From Vicugna vicugna (taxonomy: Eukaryota): a stretch of 64,000 bases of DNA. The notes under the pieces are model-generated. The model saw only the letters and a program-made list of their open reading frames with translations, was not told the DNA's origin and did not search any database. Positions within the stretch are counted from its first letter, which is position 1. Each line of letters starts with the position of its first letter. The stretch lies in the NCBI GenBank assembly GCA_013265495.1, contig MU057887.1, forward strand, positions 1,189,985 through 1,253,984, given 5' to 3'. Below, in pieces: positions 49,101-62,240 of the stretch. A program made the translations under genes and the position numbers.

Positions 49101-52100
49101 ATGGCTTAAACAGTGCACCTCGCTGGTGCCTTCTGTTCCCCGAAGTTGGATAAAGACATCGGCCCGGGTCCCAGACCCACAGCGGCTTCCTGTGAAAACG
49201 GTGACCAGATAGCAGACTTTATCGTAAGGGTCATTATCAAGCAGAACAATCACATGCTCCCTGAGAAACTGGTCCATTTCATCTCTGTGCAAGGCCCAGA
49301 AAGCCAGGATTATGTACACGAGCATGATGAAGAGGACAGTGAAGAGGGTCACGGGGTTTTGGGGAACGGTCTTGATGACCTCCAACCGCAGGTCCACGGG
49401 ATTGGGGACCACAATCATCCTGGCCGTCAAATAGCGGGTATGCAGGTATGGGTTGGGGAGTTTAATTTCTGCCAGTGGCTGCTTGGGCTGCGGGGTGTTT
49501 TTGCAGACACAGTGGATTCTGTTCCAGGTGGTCCTCTCTCCAAGAATGCAGGTGTCTTCTCTCCAGTCACTCTGGAGCCCACGCATGTCCAAGCACTGAA
49601 CACTGAAAATAGAAATTCTCACTAACTTGTCACTGGGCGTCATGACAAAGCGAGGTGCCTGCAGAACCATAGAGACAGTGTACTCCGAGGAGCCACTCCG
49701 CTGAGCTATGAACCGCAGAAGGGACCGGGAAAGGCAGACCACGCGGGCCTGGTTCACCGCACAGGCCGGGTCAAACAGGTCGCTCTGGTTGGCAATCGGG
49801 GGGATGTTACGGGGCACAAGAAAGGTGGTGACCAAAGCATCAGGTGTGATCTGACTGCCAGCGTACACCAGCACCGTGAACAGCACTGTCACGTCCGTGA
49901 TGATGTGGACCAGCACCTCGCTTGTGGCTCTGCCGTCCGCTTCAAAGCTAAACCCCCCAACCGTCTTTCTCAGAGACTCAGCTTTATCAGGCTCACCGCT
50001 GGGTCCCACTGTGAGACTAAAAACCGCGAAGCTCAGGTTTTTTTTGACCAGGTACACCTCTAAGACATCAGGTGTGATCTCAATCACTTCGCCGTTGGCC
50101 TCGGTTCCCGTCATCCTGAACCCAGCCACCTCCGTCAAAACATCGTCCTGATAATTCAGCCAAGGGAAAGGGTCATCCGTGAACTCACAGAACATCATAG
50201 AAATGGGAGCATTGGTGGGCAAACTGGGGATGCTGTCCTCGTTCAGCGTCGGGTAAAAGCAGTTTCGACAGAGCTTCTCGTTGCTGAAGAACTTGGTGAC
50301 GTTCCACTTTTCCGTTTTCTTGACGTACATGTTGAAGTTGGAGGTCCTCAGGGCGGTGGTTTCGTCCTCCGGTACTTTACCAGCCAAGACTGTGTCTGCT
50401 AGAGACTCTACCACGTGGAACGGCTCTTCCACGACGCTGTGGCGAGCAGTCAGTTTCAGGACGTTAGACAAGCTTGTTAATATCCCAGTGCACACAATTT
50501 CTATCTGCTCAGAAGAGACATGTTTATCTTTTTGCCGATACTCCTGCAGGGCTTGATTTGCCTGCCAGATCCTCTCCGTGGCCAGTTTCTGAGAGACTAG
50601 GGTGAATTCAGAGGCTTTCTGGGTTAATTTAGTAACAGCCACGACTAGCTGGCTAATTTCCACCAAAGTGCTTACTGGAAGAATGAAGGACTGATTAAAA
50701 AGGTGTTCGCGGAGTCTGGCTTTGTCAGCTTGCAGAGGTAATTCGGTTTTCATGCTATTCAGCACAGAAGCTACTACATACATTAAATAACCTGCAGGTA
50801 AAAAATCCCGATTTTGAAGCAAAGTAGACAGCAATGAATCTGGTCCCATAGTGAAATTGAATAACTGGTTCAGCACAGCCTCTGATGAGTTCATGTCAGT
50901 AGGAGCCTGCACAGTGGCGTACAAAGTCACCTGAGAAAAAGGTCCTAGAGAATTATATACCTGAGCATATATCTTCAAGGCATAATGATTGGCCAGCACA
51001 CCAACAGGGAGAAAGGAAGGGGGCGATGTAGAATCCTTCCCCAAATACAGGACGGTCCCCAAGGTGTTTTCTTTTAAAGAACTGATTTCACCAAAACCAT
51101 GCACATCAGAAACTAATATTTTATATGTAAGAGGGACATTCCTATCCTTGAAATTACTACACTGGACAACAAATTTAGTAATCAGTGCAATTCCTTTCGC
51201 TGGATTAATTTTGCATTCTCCTATTTCAGGGACATGGTTAATAATGAAGGGGTGCCTTAAGACCAAGGTCGCTCCACTCCAAGTGTTTAGATATAGAGAA
51301 ACCCAAAACTTGTCTTCAACAAAATGTTCAAAAGCAAAAGCTTTTACAGACAAGTAAGCGCCATTCCTCCCTGTTGTAGTTTGCCCCATCCAATCAAACT
51401 GGATCTCACTACCTAGAAGTGACAGGATCGACCATTTATAGACATCACGGCTTGTTTTACAATTTGTGCAGTTTAGAGACAAAGAGAATCTGTCTGATAT
51501 CACCAAATCGAGATCACAATTTTCGACACATGAGATGACCGCCACAGGCTTTGGTCCTGGGAGCACGTGCACCCTTCTATCTGAAAACGCTCTTCTGTTA
51601 TTCTTCTCAATCACCATTCTGAAAAAATACACACGCCCACCTTTCAGTGTTTCTGGCAAAAGTGTCAGCACGGGACCAGAGGCCCAGGTCCACTTCAGAT
51701 CAGCCTGCTCTGGGAGACAGACATCCTTACTCCTCACTGTTATCTTCTCTCCTTGGTAATTTTTTGGCTCTGTGGTACAGTACCAGAAAAACTGGAGTCC
51801 CTCTAAGGGGCTGTTTGCATCTGGATCAGAGGACTGACTTCCATCCAGAGTCAGCCCATCTTTGAACTTAATGGTGACATTGGCATCCCCGAGGATAACT
51901 GCCTCCAGGGGACTCCTGAGAATGACGACATGGATGGCATCCGAGTCTTTTGCCAAGGGTGCCTCTGGGTCCCAAGACTTGAGGTAGACTGAGAAATTAA
52001 ACAGATACACCCCCCACATTAAAGACTTCTTGGGGATGTGTACACTTGTTGTAGTGTACTGTAACTTGAGTTCACTTGTTTTCAAAGGTTTGGTCCAGTC

Positions 52101-52944
52101 CGGCACAGCGGATACAGAAGGCAGGGGGAAGATGAGCCACTTCTGAATAATGGCCTGGAAGAGCGAGCAGTAGTAGCGGACGGTGGCATTGATGGTGGCT
52201 TCCATCTCCCTGGTCAGCTGCAGCACAGAACTGTCCCTACTGATCTTCACCTCGTGGATAACACAGACCGGCAGAGGCTGGTCCTCTACCTGACAGGACA
52301 CCGAAGACTCCATGGCTCGGGAATGGTTCGGGTGGACCGCCTCTAGAACGACAGGCGTAGGCCCATCCGTAGGGCACTGGGTTTGGCCTATGAAGTCCGC
52401 GGAGGCGAGGGGGCCGCGGGGCAGAACCGAGCGGGGCGCCACGCGGGCGGCGGCGGCGGGCCCGAGCAGCCCGAGGCGGAAGGTCCACTCCGGCCGCCCG
52501 AGCGAGCGCGGCAGGCGGGCGAGCCACCGCAGCGAGAGGCGGGCGCGGGGCGCCGACAGGTGCAGGTCCACGCGGGCGGGCGCGGCGGCGAGGCGGGCGC
52601 GGCNNNNNNNNNNNNNNNNNNNNNNNNNNNNNNNNNNNNNNNNNNNNNNNNNNNNNNNNNNNNNNNNNNNNNNNNNNNNNNNNNNNNNNNNNNNNNNNNN
52701 NNNNNNNNNNNNNNNNNNNNNNNNNNNNNNNNNNNNNNNNNNNNNNNNNNNNNNNNNNNNNNNNNNNNNNNNNNNNNNNNNNNNNNNNNNNNNNNNNNNN
52801 NNNNNNNNNNNNNNNNNNNNNNNNNNNNNNNNNGGCGGCGCGGGCCCTGCGAGGAGCCGGCGGCGGAGGGCGGCGGCCGAGATCGGAGCCCAGGCCCAGG
52901 CCCAGGCCCAGGGCCAGGAGGAGGAGGGCGGCCCCGGGCCGCAT
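46140..52944 (-). CDS. PKDREJ: Polycystin family receptor for egg jelly, intronless, ~2260 aa
   Basis: Signal peptide MRPGAALLLLALGLGLGLG (ATG 52944), REJ region, GPS-like region, TM1, PLAT domain (YLVTVFTG...HSIRVWHNNEGRSPSWYL), polycystin channel helices, C-terminus KKMVYLVV; open frame 46140-52603; frame offset across the N gap. Confidence 0.95.
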
Positions 52945-53230
52945 GGAAGCGGGACGTGGGAGGCGCTGCGCTGCGGAGGCCGCGGGGTCTCGCCAACGGC
53001 CGCGGGGGCGCGGGCCACGGGGGGCGCGGGGCGGCGGGGTCACGGGCGCCTACGAGTGGGCGCGGTCCGGCCCCGGCTGGGCAGGCTTCGCCTCGGGGGT
53101 GCTAGCTGGGGGGTCCTGCGCCCTCTCTCCCGACCCGCAAAGAAGGCCCCTCACAGGACCCTGCCCCCGGAAAACTGGTTACAAAGGCGAGGGCGCGGGA
53201 GCAAGAGGGACTGCGGGCCCCTGAGCGGCC
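52390..53230 (-). promoter_or_regulatory. PKDREJ: CpG island over the PKDREJ promoter and 5' CDS
   Basis: Dense CpG and GC boxes on both sides of the gap and upstream of the ATG. Confidence 0.8.
52604..52833. other. Assembly gap (230 N)
   Basis: N run inside the extremely GC-rich 5' end of PKDREJ. Confidence 1.
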
Positions 53231-53289
53231 CTGAGCTCTCTGGGTTTCTTCCTTGCTTTTCTTGTCCTGCTTTCTCGGGGTGAAATCCT

Positions 53290-53870
53290 GTGTCGTCGAT
53301 TTGAGATCTTATTTTATAACAGAAGCATTTACCGCGGCAAGTTTCCCGTCAGCACTCCTTAACTGCCTTCCGCACATTTATGGTATTTTTATTATCATTC
53401 AATTATAAATATTTTTAATTTCCCCTGTTTTGGTTCGACCTCTGAATTAAAGCGTGTTGTTTCATTTCCAGATATTTGGAGTTTCTGTAAAAATCTTACG
53501 GCTATTAATTTCTAATTGAATTGTGTTATGGTCAGAGAATACATTCTGTATGACTTTTATCCCTTTAAACAAATTGAGACTTGTTTGAAAGCCGCTGGAG
53601 TGGTCTGTCTTAATGTATGTTCCATGTGCACTTGAAAAGAATGTGTATTCTTCAGTTGTTGGGTGGAGTGTTCTGTAGATTATCAGTTAGGTCAAGGTGG
53701 ATGGTAGTGTTGCTTGGATCTAAGTCTTCTCTGAATTTTTATCTAGTTCTATCAATTGTTGAGAGACGATGTTACTGTCTCTGACTCTTACTGAAATTGT
53801 CTGTTTCACTCTTTAATTCTGCCAATTTTTGTTTCCTGTGTTTTGGGGCTCTGTCTGGCATGTACACATT
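53290..53870 (-). mobile_element. Degenerate L1 ORF2 fragment
   Basis: T-rich L1 antisense text (gttccatgtgcacttgaaaagaatgtgtattct...gttgttgggtggagtgttctgtaga). Confidence 0.8.
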
Positions 53871-53874
53871 CTTA

Positions 53875-54270
53875 GCACAGGGAGCTGTAAGTGCAAAGGC
53901 TTGAGGCAGGAGCGACAGAGAGGGTTAGTAGTGGTGCTGGGGTGAGCAGGGCGGCCAGAGAGTGGTAGAAGATGTAGCTGGAGAGATGGCCAATGACCAG
54001 AGCACGTGGGGTCTCCTAGGTCACGGTCACATATCTGAATTTTATCTCAAGTGGATTGGGAAGTCTTTGGAGGGCTTTGAGCAGGGACGGACCCTGATCT
54101 GATTTCCAGTTTGGAAGCATCATTCTGCTGTGAGGGAAGTAGATTGTAGGTGGGCAGGAATGAAAGGACAGAGGCGTTAGGCCTGGTTGCTGGAGGAACG
54201 ATCTGTGCGTAAGTGAGCTGATTCTGACTTGGTTAGGGTTTGCGACAGTGGAGGCAGTAAGCAGTGGGAA
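53875..54270. mobile_element. L2 LINE relic
   Basis: gtgcaaaggcttgaggcagga...gaattttatctcaagtgg...ggagggctttgagcagg...tgatctgatttc. Confidence 0.6.
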
Positions 54271-54289
54271 TGATGGCCCCTGTTAACGG

Positions 54290-54460
54290 ACTGACTACCG
54301 GATTTTCAGGGTCCTGTGGAAAATGAAAATGTGGGGCTCTTGTTCAAAAACTTAAAAATTTCAAGATGGCGACAGCAGAGCTTTCAACCAAGCATGGGGC
54401 CCTTCTAAGTGTGAGGCCCTGTGTGACCACCCAGGGGGCACACCCATGGCTACAGCCAGG
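54290..54460. mobile_element. MER45-like hAT MITE
   Basis: aaaatgaaaatgtgggg...aatttcaagatggcgacagcagag...ggggcccttctaagtg; inverted relative of 19465-19622. Confidence 0.65.
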
Positions 54461-54913
54461 CCAGAGACCAGCCAGGAGTGCATCCTTCCTTACCACAGCC
54501 CTTGATTCCCCCAGCCGACACCAGCTTCTGGGCCCCAGCCCTCCAGGGGCACAGGTCCAGGGTGCTACTTGCTGAGGGGTGGGGAGTGTGGAATGCCACA
54601 TCACATTTTTTTGGTCTCCAAAGACACTGTCACCACTTCAGCCTCTACCCTGGAGAGGATACAGGGCGAGGCTCATGCACAGGCCCTGTGAGGGTCCTGT
54701 AGGGGCTTCTTGTCACCCTGTGTGTCGTTTTCAGCCTTTTGGGGCCTCCAGGCCACACACGAGTGGAATGTCAGAGGCTCGGGGTCCAGTTATGATCACT
54801 TCTACTAGCCAGAGGCTACCACTTTTCCAAAGTGACACGCGTTTACACTGGACTGGAGTGAGGGTGGGGGACTGGGAGGGACTTGCTGCCTTGGGCACAA
54901 AATTTAAGGGTGG

Positions 54914-55545
54914 TGTTAGTGGGCAGGGAAGCCCCCAGAGAACCCCAAAGAGTGGGTCCTTGTCTCCTGGCCATGAAAGAATTCACAGTGAAGACAAAGG
55001 GGCAGAGTGAAAGCTGTTTTATTGCTGAAAAGAGGAAAAGACACTGAAGTGCAAAGACACTGGAGTGGGTGCTCTGTAAGCCCCGGTGGCTTGACGTAAG
55101 AGCTCCCGCCCTTGGGGTCTTCACTGGGGCCCTTTATCTGTCTCCTTTGGTGCTTCTTGTCCCCTTTCCATTGGCCGCTCTTTTCCTGTTTGGCTTCCAA
55201 CTCCTTCTCCTCTGTGGAACAAACACTCTGCAAATGCAAGCTCTAGGGACCCTCAAACCCTGCAGTCAGGCTAAAATTAGGTAACTAAGGACCTCAAGCA
55301 ACGCAGTTAAGCTAATGCAATGTGGTCAAGCTAGGTCAAGCAAGTGGGTCCCTTAAACAATGTGGTCATCATCATTAGATCCAGTCACAGGGCTTTCTTT
55401 TCCTTCAGGGTGGCTTTCTCCATCACTCAAGCAGGAGGATCACGTAAGGCCAACTGTAAGTTTTAAACAGGTTCATTTTAAACCTTTAAAGAAGTCTCTA
55501 AGCAACAGGTCCTGGGTTGGGTTCCCCAGCTCCCTGCCTCCTTCA
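54914..55545 (-). mobile_element. Solo ERV LTR (copy B, same family as 39040-39645)
   Basis: TG...CA ends, TSD gtgg/gggg; shared blocks such as tgtggtcaagctag, cagggctttct...ccttcagggtggcttt and taaacctttaaagaagtctcta. Confidence 0.85.
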
Positions 55546-55589
55546 GGGGAGGGTGCCAAAATCCTCAGTAATCAGGACAAATGATCTAT

Positions 55590-56860
55590 TTTTAATTCAC
55601 ATAAATCGACCATTCTAAAGGACACAATTCGGTAGTACTGAATACATTCACAATGTTTTGCAACCATCAGCTCAGTCTTACACCATCACATTTTCATCAC
55701 TCTGAAAGGAAACTCATACCCATTAAGCAGTCACTCCCCATTCCTGCTTCATGCCGGCCCCTGGCAACTATGAATCTACTTTTTCTGTGGATTTGCCATT
55801 CCTGGCTACTTCATGTAAATGGAATCGTACAATATGTGAGCTTTTATAATGGAAAAGAATCTGAAAATATGTGTGTATATATGTATATATACATAACTGA
55901 ATTGCTTTGCTGTCTGCCTGAAACTAACATTATAAATCAACTACACTTCAATAAAAAACAAAATTCTAAAAATGAAGTTAAGAAACAAGTGAGATTTTAT
56001 TCCTGGCGTCTTTCACTGAGCGTGTTTCAGAGGTTCCTTCACATTGTAGTGTGTACCAGTCCTTCATTCCTCTTGACAGTTGAGTAATATTTCACTACAT
56101 GGATCTAGACCACATTCTGTTTATCCATCCATCTCTTGATGGACGATTGGGTTGTTTCCACATTTTGGAACTCTGAATAGTGCTGCTGCGAACATTTGTG
56201 TACGAGGCTTTCTCTGCTTACCTGTTTTCACGTCTTTTAGTTGTGCAAAATGGCCAGGACGTTCTATGTTTAACTTTTTGAGGAGTCACCTGTTTTCCAC
56301 AGCAGCTGCACCTTTTGTATTCCTGCCAGCAGTGTATGACAGTTCCAGTTTCTCCATGTCTTCACCAATACTGATTTTCCTTAAAAAACAAAATTCTAGC
56401 CAATCTACTGGGTGTGAAGTGATAGCTCACTGTGGTTTTAATTTGCATTTCCCTGACGACTAATAATGTTGAGCATCTTTTTAGGTATTTATTGGCTATT
56501 TGTGTATTTTCTTTGGGGACATGTCTAATCACATCCTTTGCTCTTTTTTAAGTTGGGGTGTTTGTCATTTTGCTGTTGAGTTGTAAGAATTCTTTATGTA
56601 TTCTGGATACTAAACTCTTATCCAGTATGATTTGCAACTATTTTTGCCCATTGTCTTGTCTGTAGTTTGTCTTTTCACTTTCTTGATAGCATCCTTTGAT
56701 GCAGAAAAAAATTTAATTTTTATGAAATCCACTTTTTCTATGCTTGCTTTTGGGTTTTGTCCTTTTGGTGTCGTATCTAAGAACCTCTGCCAAATCCAAC
56801 ATCGTGAAGATTTATTCCTAGGTTTTCTTCTAAACGTTTTATAGTTTCAGCTCTTAAATA
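55590..56860 (-). mobile_element. Old L1 (L1MB-like) 3' portion carrying a younger plus-strand L1 3' stub at ~55848-55988
   Basis: L1 3'UTR and ORF2 antisense text; inner stub flanked by TSD gtgagcttttat (55836-55847) / gtgagattttat (55989-56000). Confidence 0.85.
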
Positions 56861-57329
56861 AGACAAATAATATTTTAATGCAATATTTTGGAAAATTAAA
56901 ATCAATGCAAAACAATGATGAACAAAATACTAATATTTAAATAAGGACAGGATCTGACCCTACACCGAACTACTTACTGACTCCTGTACCGTAAGGGGAG
57001 GAAGAGCGAGGGGTTAGATTACACTAGGGGAGAGCAGTCAGGCTAGAGAGGTTTGTGGCTGATGGCAGAGCTCAGTGGAGAAGCAGCTGACCTGCAGGAG
57101 AGGCCCGTCATACTCCCGCCGCAAGTCCTAGAGAAGGAGAGGGCATGGGACCCAGGGAACCGGGGGGATAACCCGGTGGAACCGGTCGCGTGGGATGTTG
57201 GCCAAAAGTGACCACTGTGAATGTGTGCCCACGGCTTCCCAGTGGGACTACATGAGCTTGAAAGCGACCGCTGTCCCAGGTCTCTCCTACCTCCCAAGGG
57301 ATTCTGCAGTCGTCTCCCCAAGAGGGTCC

Positions 57330-57910
57330 CCCCGGGGAGGAGCCCCCCAGCTCGCCCTCTGGCCCCGGGGCCCCAGGCTCCCGGTCTAATGGCGGGGGGC
57401 GAGGGGAGCCGGAGAGTACACAGAGACTCACCCCTGCCCCCTCGAGCCGACCCGGGTTCCCACAGTCCGGGAGGAGGGAGCCACGGGCCGAAGCCGACCA
57501 ATGAGCGAGCGGAGAGCGCGGCCGCCCCGCCCCGCCCCCGGGGCTCGCTCCCCGCCCCCACCCGGAAGCCCACTCGCCGGACACCTACCTGCGCCCGAGA
57601 CAGCGACCTGCACCATGGCTGTGTCCGCGCCGCTGCGCGACTGCCAGGTACGCGGAGGCCGCCCGCGGCCCCGTGACCCCGCAACCACGGGGGTGGCCCG
57701 GCACCCCGGGGGCGGGATCAGACCTGCCCGCGGTCTGGGTGGGGCGCGGCCCTCGAGAAGCGGGCGCGCGTCCTGGGCGCCCAAAAGGGAACAGAGGACC
57801 CTCCAGTGGGGCCCCCACCTAGAGAAACCAGCGGCGTGGGGCGGGGCCCCTCGGAGACCCCAGACCCCCTTAAAACTTAGCTCCTGGACCCCGGCGTGTC
57901 GCAGGCAGGG
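57330..57910 (+). promoter_or_regulatory. TTC38: CpG-island promoter of TTC38
   Basis: CCAAT at 57498-57502, GC boxes at 57521-57560, ETS-like CCGGAAG at 57562-57568, all upstream of a Kozak ATG (caccATGG). Confidence 0.85.
57615..57647 (+). CDS. TTC38: TTC38 coding exon 1
   Basis: MAVSAPLRDCQ, 33 nt, donor CAG|gtacgc. Confidence 0.92.
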
Positions 57911-58673
57911 ACGCTGCGTGTTAGTGAGGGTCTTCTTAGGACCCGCCAGGGCAGGGAGCCTGGACCCATTTTGCAGATGTGGAAGGGGTGTTCAGAGGAG
58001 CGAGGAGTCATGCCCACAGCAACGCAATACTCCTCACGAGGATCTGGCCGCTGGGCTGGCCAGAGTAAAGGGTATTTCCACACCCCGGGGAGTAGCCTGT
58101 GCGTGCGCCCCTGGCAGGGCACACAGTTCTGACAATTGGCGACGCTTCCACTGACAGACCTGAAGGTTTGAATCATCTGGTGAGGTGATGGGGAGATGAG
58201 AGGACTTGCTTCCGCGGTTGGCATAGAGTGTACACCTTGCCAGCCAGAGGAAAGAACACGCTCCTGGTTTTGCACTCCAGCGCTGGCCTCTCTTCTGCCC
58301 TGGCAGACCTCCCCCGGCCAGATCAGGGACTCCCACCTACGAGTATCTGCTCCCTAGGAGACCCTTCACAGTCACCCATGTTTCCCCCAGAGCCCCATGT
58401 CAAAGGGGCCAGCCAAGGGTCAGAGGGAGGACCTTACCTGAGGGCACACAGCTATTTTAGAGGCCCTTGGGATTTGCATGGGGACCCGACTGGCCCAGGG
58501 CTCATCTCTCTTTCTCCACTTAATTATCTATGAAATCTGGGAACCCCAAAAGGACGGGTCTCACCGAGGCCCATGCCTACCGCATGCTAGGTGCTGGGAG
58601 ACCTCCAGTGCTCGGGGCTGGGGCTGGTGTGTGTTTAGAGGACTGCCTGTAATAGACATCTCTCTGTGCGTAG

Positions 58674-58850
<177 letters not shown>

Positions 58851-60560
58851 TAGTGCATCTTACAGCTGCATGTATTCGTGCCATGAGTAAATGGTACTTG
58901 CATGAGTCAGGCTCCCATTTACCATAGCTGGCTTAGGTTTGCAGCCAAACTACCTGTCATCTGATGTGCTCTCCCAGTAAAGCTGGTCGGTGATGACGTG
59001 AGCAGGCGCAGGACTTGAAGCTTTCAAAATTTTACAACTTTATCCTGATTTTATAAACAGTGTAGTTCATTCTCCTCATTCCTACCCAAGTCTCCTGGTA
59101 AACTTGTGTGCAGCAGGGCTTCGTGGGGACCCAAAAGTCTTCTTAAGGCTTGGAAGCATCCTCGGGCAGGACCAAGGGCTCAGGCTGCACCAAAGCCCCA
59201 CGGTCAGGGGCTCAGAAGGTGGTGGGTGCTTTTTAAATTGCATGGAGGCTTTGGCAATCGACCACAGTAGAATCCGTGTACTTCATACCCCTAGGGAGTG
59301 GAAATGTCTCTGCCTGCCCGCGGCATGGCTGAGAGGTCTCCCAAGTGGCAGACAGTGGGGATGCTCTGGAGGGTGCTGAGCCCTCCACAGGCGCCCCGCT
59401 GTGGCCTGCTGAGAGTTTGATGGGGGCCCCTCTCCTGAGGCTAATCAGTGGACGTACTGCTCTCACCTACGGCTGTTCTAAGACCTTCCACCACATTGCC
59501 AGTCGTTTCCAACACCAGGGAAGGAGCCTACAGTTTTAGAACTAGGAGGAGCTCAGAAGTAAGGCCCAACTACTTTGCTTGGCAGGTGAGGAAACGGGCC
59601 CAGAGCGCCGAGCTGACTCCTGCAGGGAGTCAGAGGAGCAGGGTTCACCTGGGTCTGCAAACGCCAGGGAAAAACTAGAGCTAAGCTTTTGCATGAGCAG
59701 TGAAACCGCTACCTCCTGACTCCATCCACACAGCATAAGGACCAAGGAAGCTTCTAGAAACAAGGGCCATACAACTAACAACTGGTGAAATGCTGTCAGC
59801 TTGCCCAGGGACGCCACGGTGTGCATCGCTCTGTGTCTGTATGTGCCCTTCCTGCACCATTAGGCCTCTGCAGAGCGTGATTTGTTACAGGGACAGTTCC
59901 CAGTGCAGAGGCAGCCCCCCCGCCCCCTGCCCCGCCTGTGTGTGTTCTGTGCCAACCCCCCTGCGTCTCATTAAAATACATGTGCTGTATTTGTGTAGAT
60001 GTAGGTTGGACATCTGGAAGAGCACGTTCTGAAATGAAATGCATTATTATGGTTTTAGAATTTTAAAAAATTAGGCACTGAAAAAAAGGGCTAGAAACAA
60101 ATACACCACAGTGTCAAAAATGATACTGAGGTGAGATTCAAGGTGAGTTTGATCCAGCTTTCGTGCCTCTTCCTAACTTTCTATATTGAATGTTGACTTC
60201 TTTTTAGTATTTAAAAATTTTTTTTAATTTTGTTTTTAATTATTTTTTTCTATGGTTCTTTTTTAAAGGAATGAATAGGAAGCTAGAGGGTTCCGGTTGT
60301 GGTACCTGAAGTCACGGCTGACGCTGTGGGCAGGTCACCTGTCAGGAAGAAACTTCCTTTAGATGTTTCTTTTTGGGAAATGGCGGCCTCACCAGCCCTA
60401 GAAAATGTGCCTTGAGTTACGTGTATTCAGTGTCTTCATGTGAGATCAACCCAGTTATGTTTTCTTTGAGCTAAGGTTCAGAAAATACTCAGTGTTCTAG
60501 AAAAAAAAAAATCAAGGTTTAGATACATGCCTTCATTAACACGAACTAAAAACTCCCTGA

Positions 60561-60677
<117 letters not shown>

Positions 60678-61910
60678 TGATGCTTTCCCTCAGCTGAGCA
60701 GCCCCGTTTAACGAGCCCAGTCCCTCACTGGTCCCCTGACTGCAGGACTCAGCTGGGTGGAGGAGGGCAGGCCTGGTGGCAGTGACCATGCTGGCATTTG
60801 CATGGAGAGGAGGGGGAGGGAAGATGACAGCCACTGCTGTGCTTAGAATAACAGCCGCTCCCATAAAGATGCCAGGTTCTATAGAAGGCGTCTTTTAAAT
60901 GTTTTCTTTAATCATACGTCAGTTCTGCAGGGAAGACACTGAGCCCATTTTTCAGATGAGGAAAATGAGGTTCAGAGACAGTAAGACATATACTTAAAGC
61001 CATTCAGCTGGTGGTTGGGGGCCTGGGATCAGACAAAGCTGTCTGAACCCAAAGCCTGGACCCCTCCCAGAACACGAGAGGTGGCCACTGCCACTTCTTG
61101 GGGCTCTAGTGAGGCCTTCCTGAGAGCGGCTGGGATGGGGAGACCAACCCAGTGACAGAGGCTGGCACTGCAGGCAAGCCATGTGCTTGGAGGGCAGGAG
61201 GGAGTCAGCCCAGTGCATTCTGGAACCCCAGGAAGGTTACCCCAGTGTCAGGTGAGGTTCTGGGCTGCAGAGAAGAGCTGAGGAGGGGAGGGTAGCCAGG
61301 TCCCACTGAGGGCCAGGGACACAGAATACAGGAAGAAGGAAGCCATAGGGGGAGCCAATAGCCAGGAGTGGGCTCAGGCCCTCTGAGCAGACCTCGGGCC
61401 CCGGGTCAGAAGCAGGGGCCACATGGGTGGTCCCAGCGCTATGGTTGGGTCCTCGGTCCCAGCCCTCGGCCGGGGAGTGAGTTCCAAATGCCAGCAGACA
61501 CCCTTCTTCTGTCAAGGTGGGGGTTGGGAAGCCCAGGTAGGATCAGGGACTTGGACACCTGCCAGCAAGGATGCTACAAGGGCCACAAGGCACACCCCAT
61601 CTCCACCAACTCCAAGCCCTCAGCACACAAGAGCAGCCAAGACAGGATCCTGGCTTCTGTGCCCCGGGGACCTGGCCCCTGACAGCATCTACTGGGTGGC
61701 CCCGGGAGGCCTTGTGCTGGTCGTAGTGACAACATCATCTGATAAGGGAAGCGAGGGGGGGCTGCACAGGAGCCTGGAGGCAGCCTGGAACCAGCGGGTG
61801 CTCCGGAGGTTGGCACGCCCCAGAATGCCCTGGGTAGGAGAATATTTGAGGAGGGGCCAGATGTTTTAGGGTTGCCACTCCTCCACGTGCATGGTGAAGG
61901 CCTGGGCTGA

Positions 61911-62240
<330 letters not shown>

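Noticed and set aside
52834..53018. ORF-track N-terminus of PKDREJ (MARAPAAVG...WAWAWAW)
   Set aside because: Wrong frame produced by the estimated gap length; the signal peptide starts at ATG 52944
39040..55545. Provirus-like unit that captured intronless PKDREJ between two LTRs
   Set aside because: Each LTR has its own TSD, the copies are clearly diverged, no gag/pol or PBS is visible, and PKDREJ sits in its normal mammalian synteny
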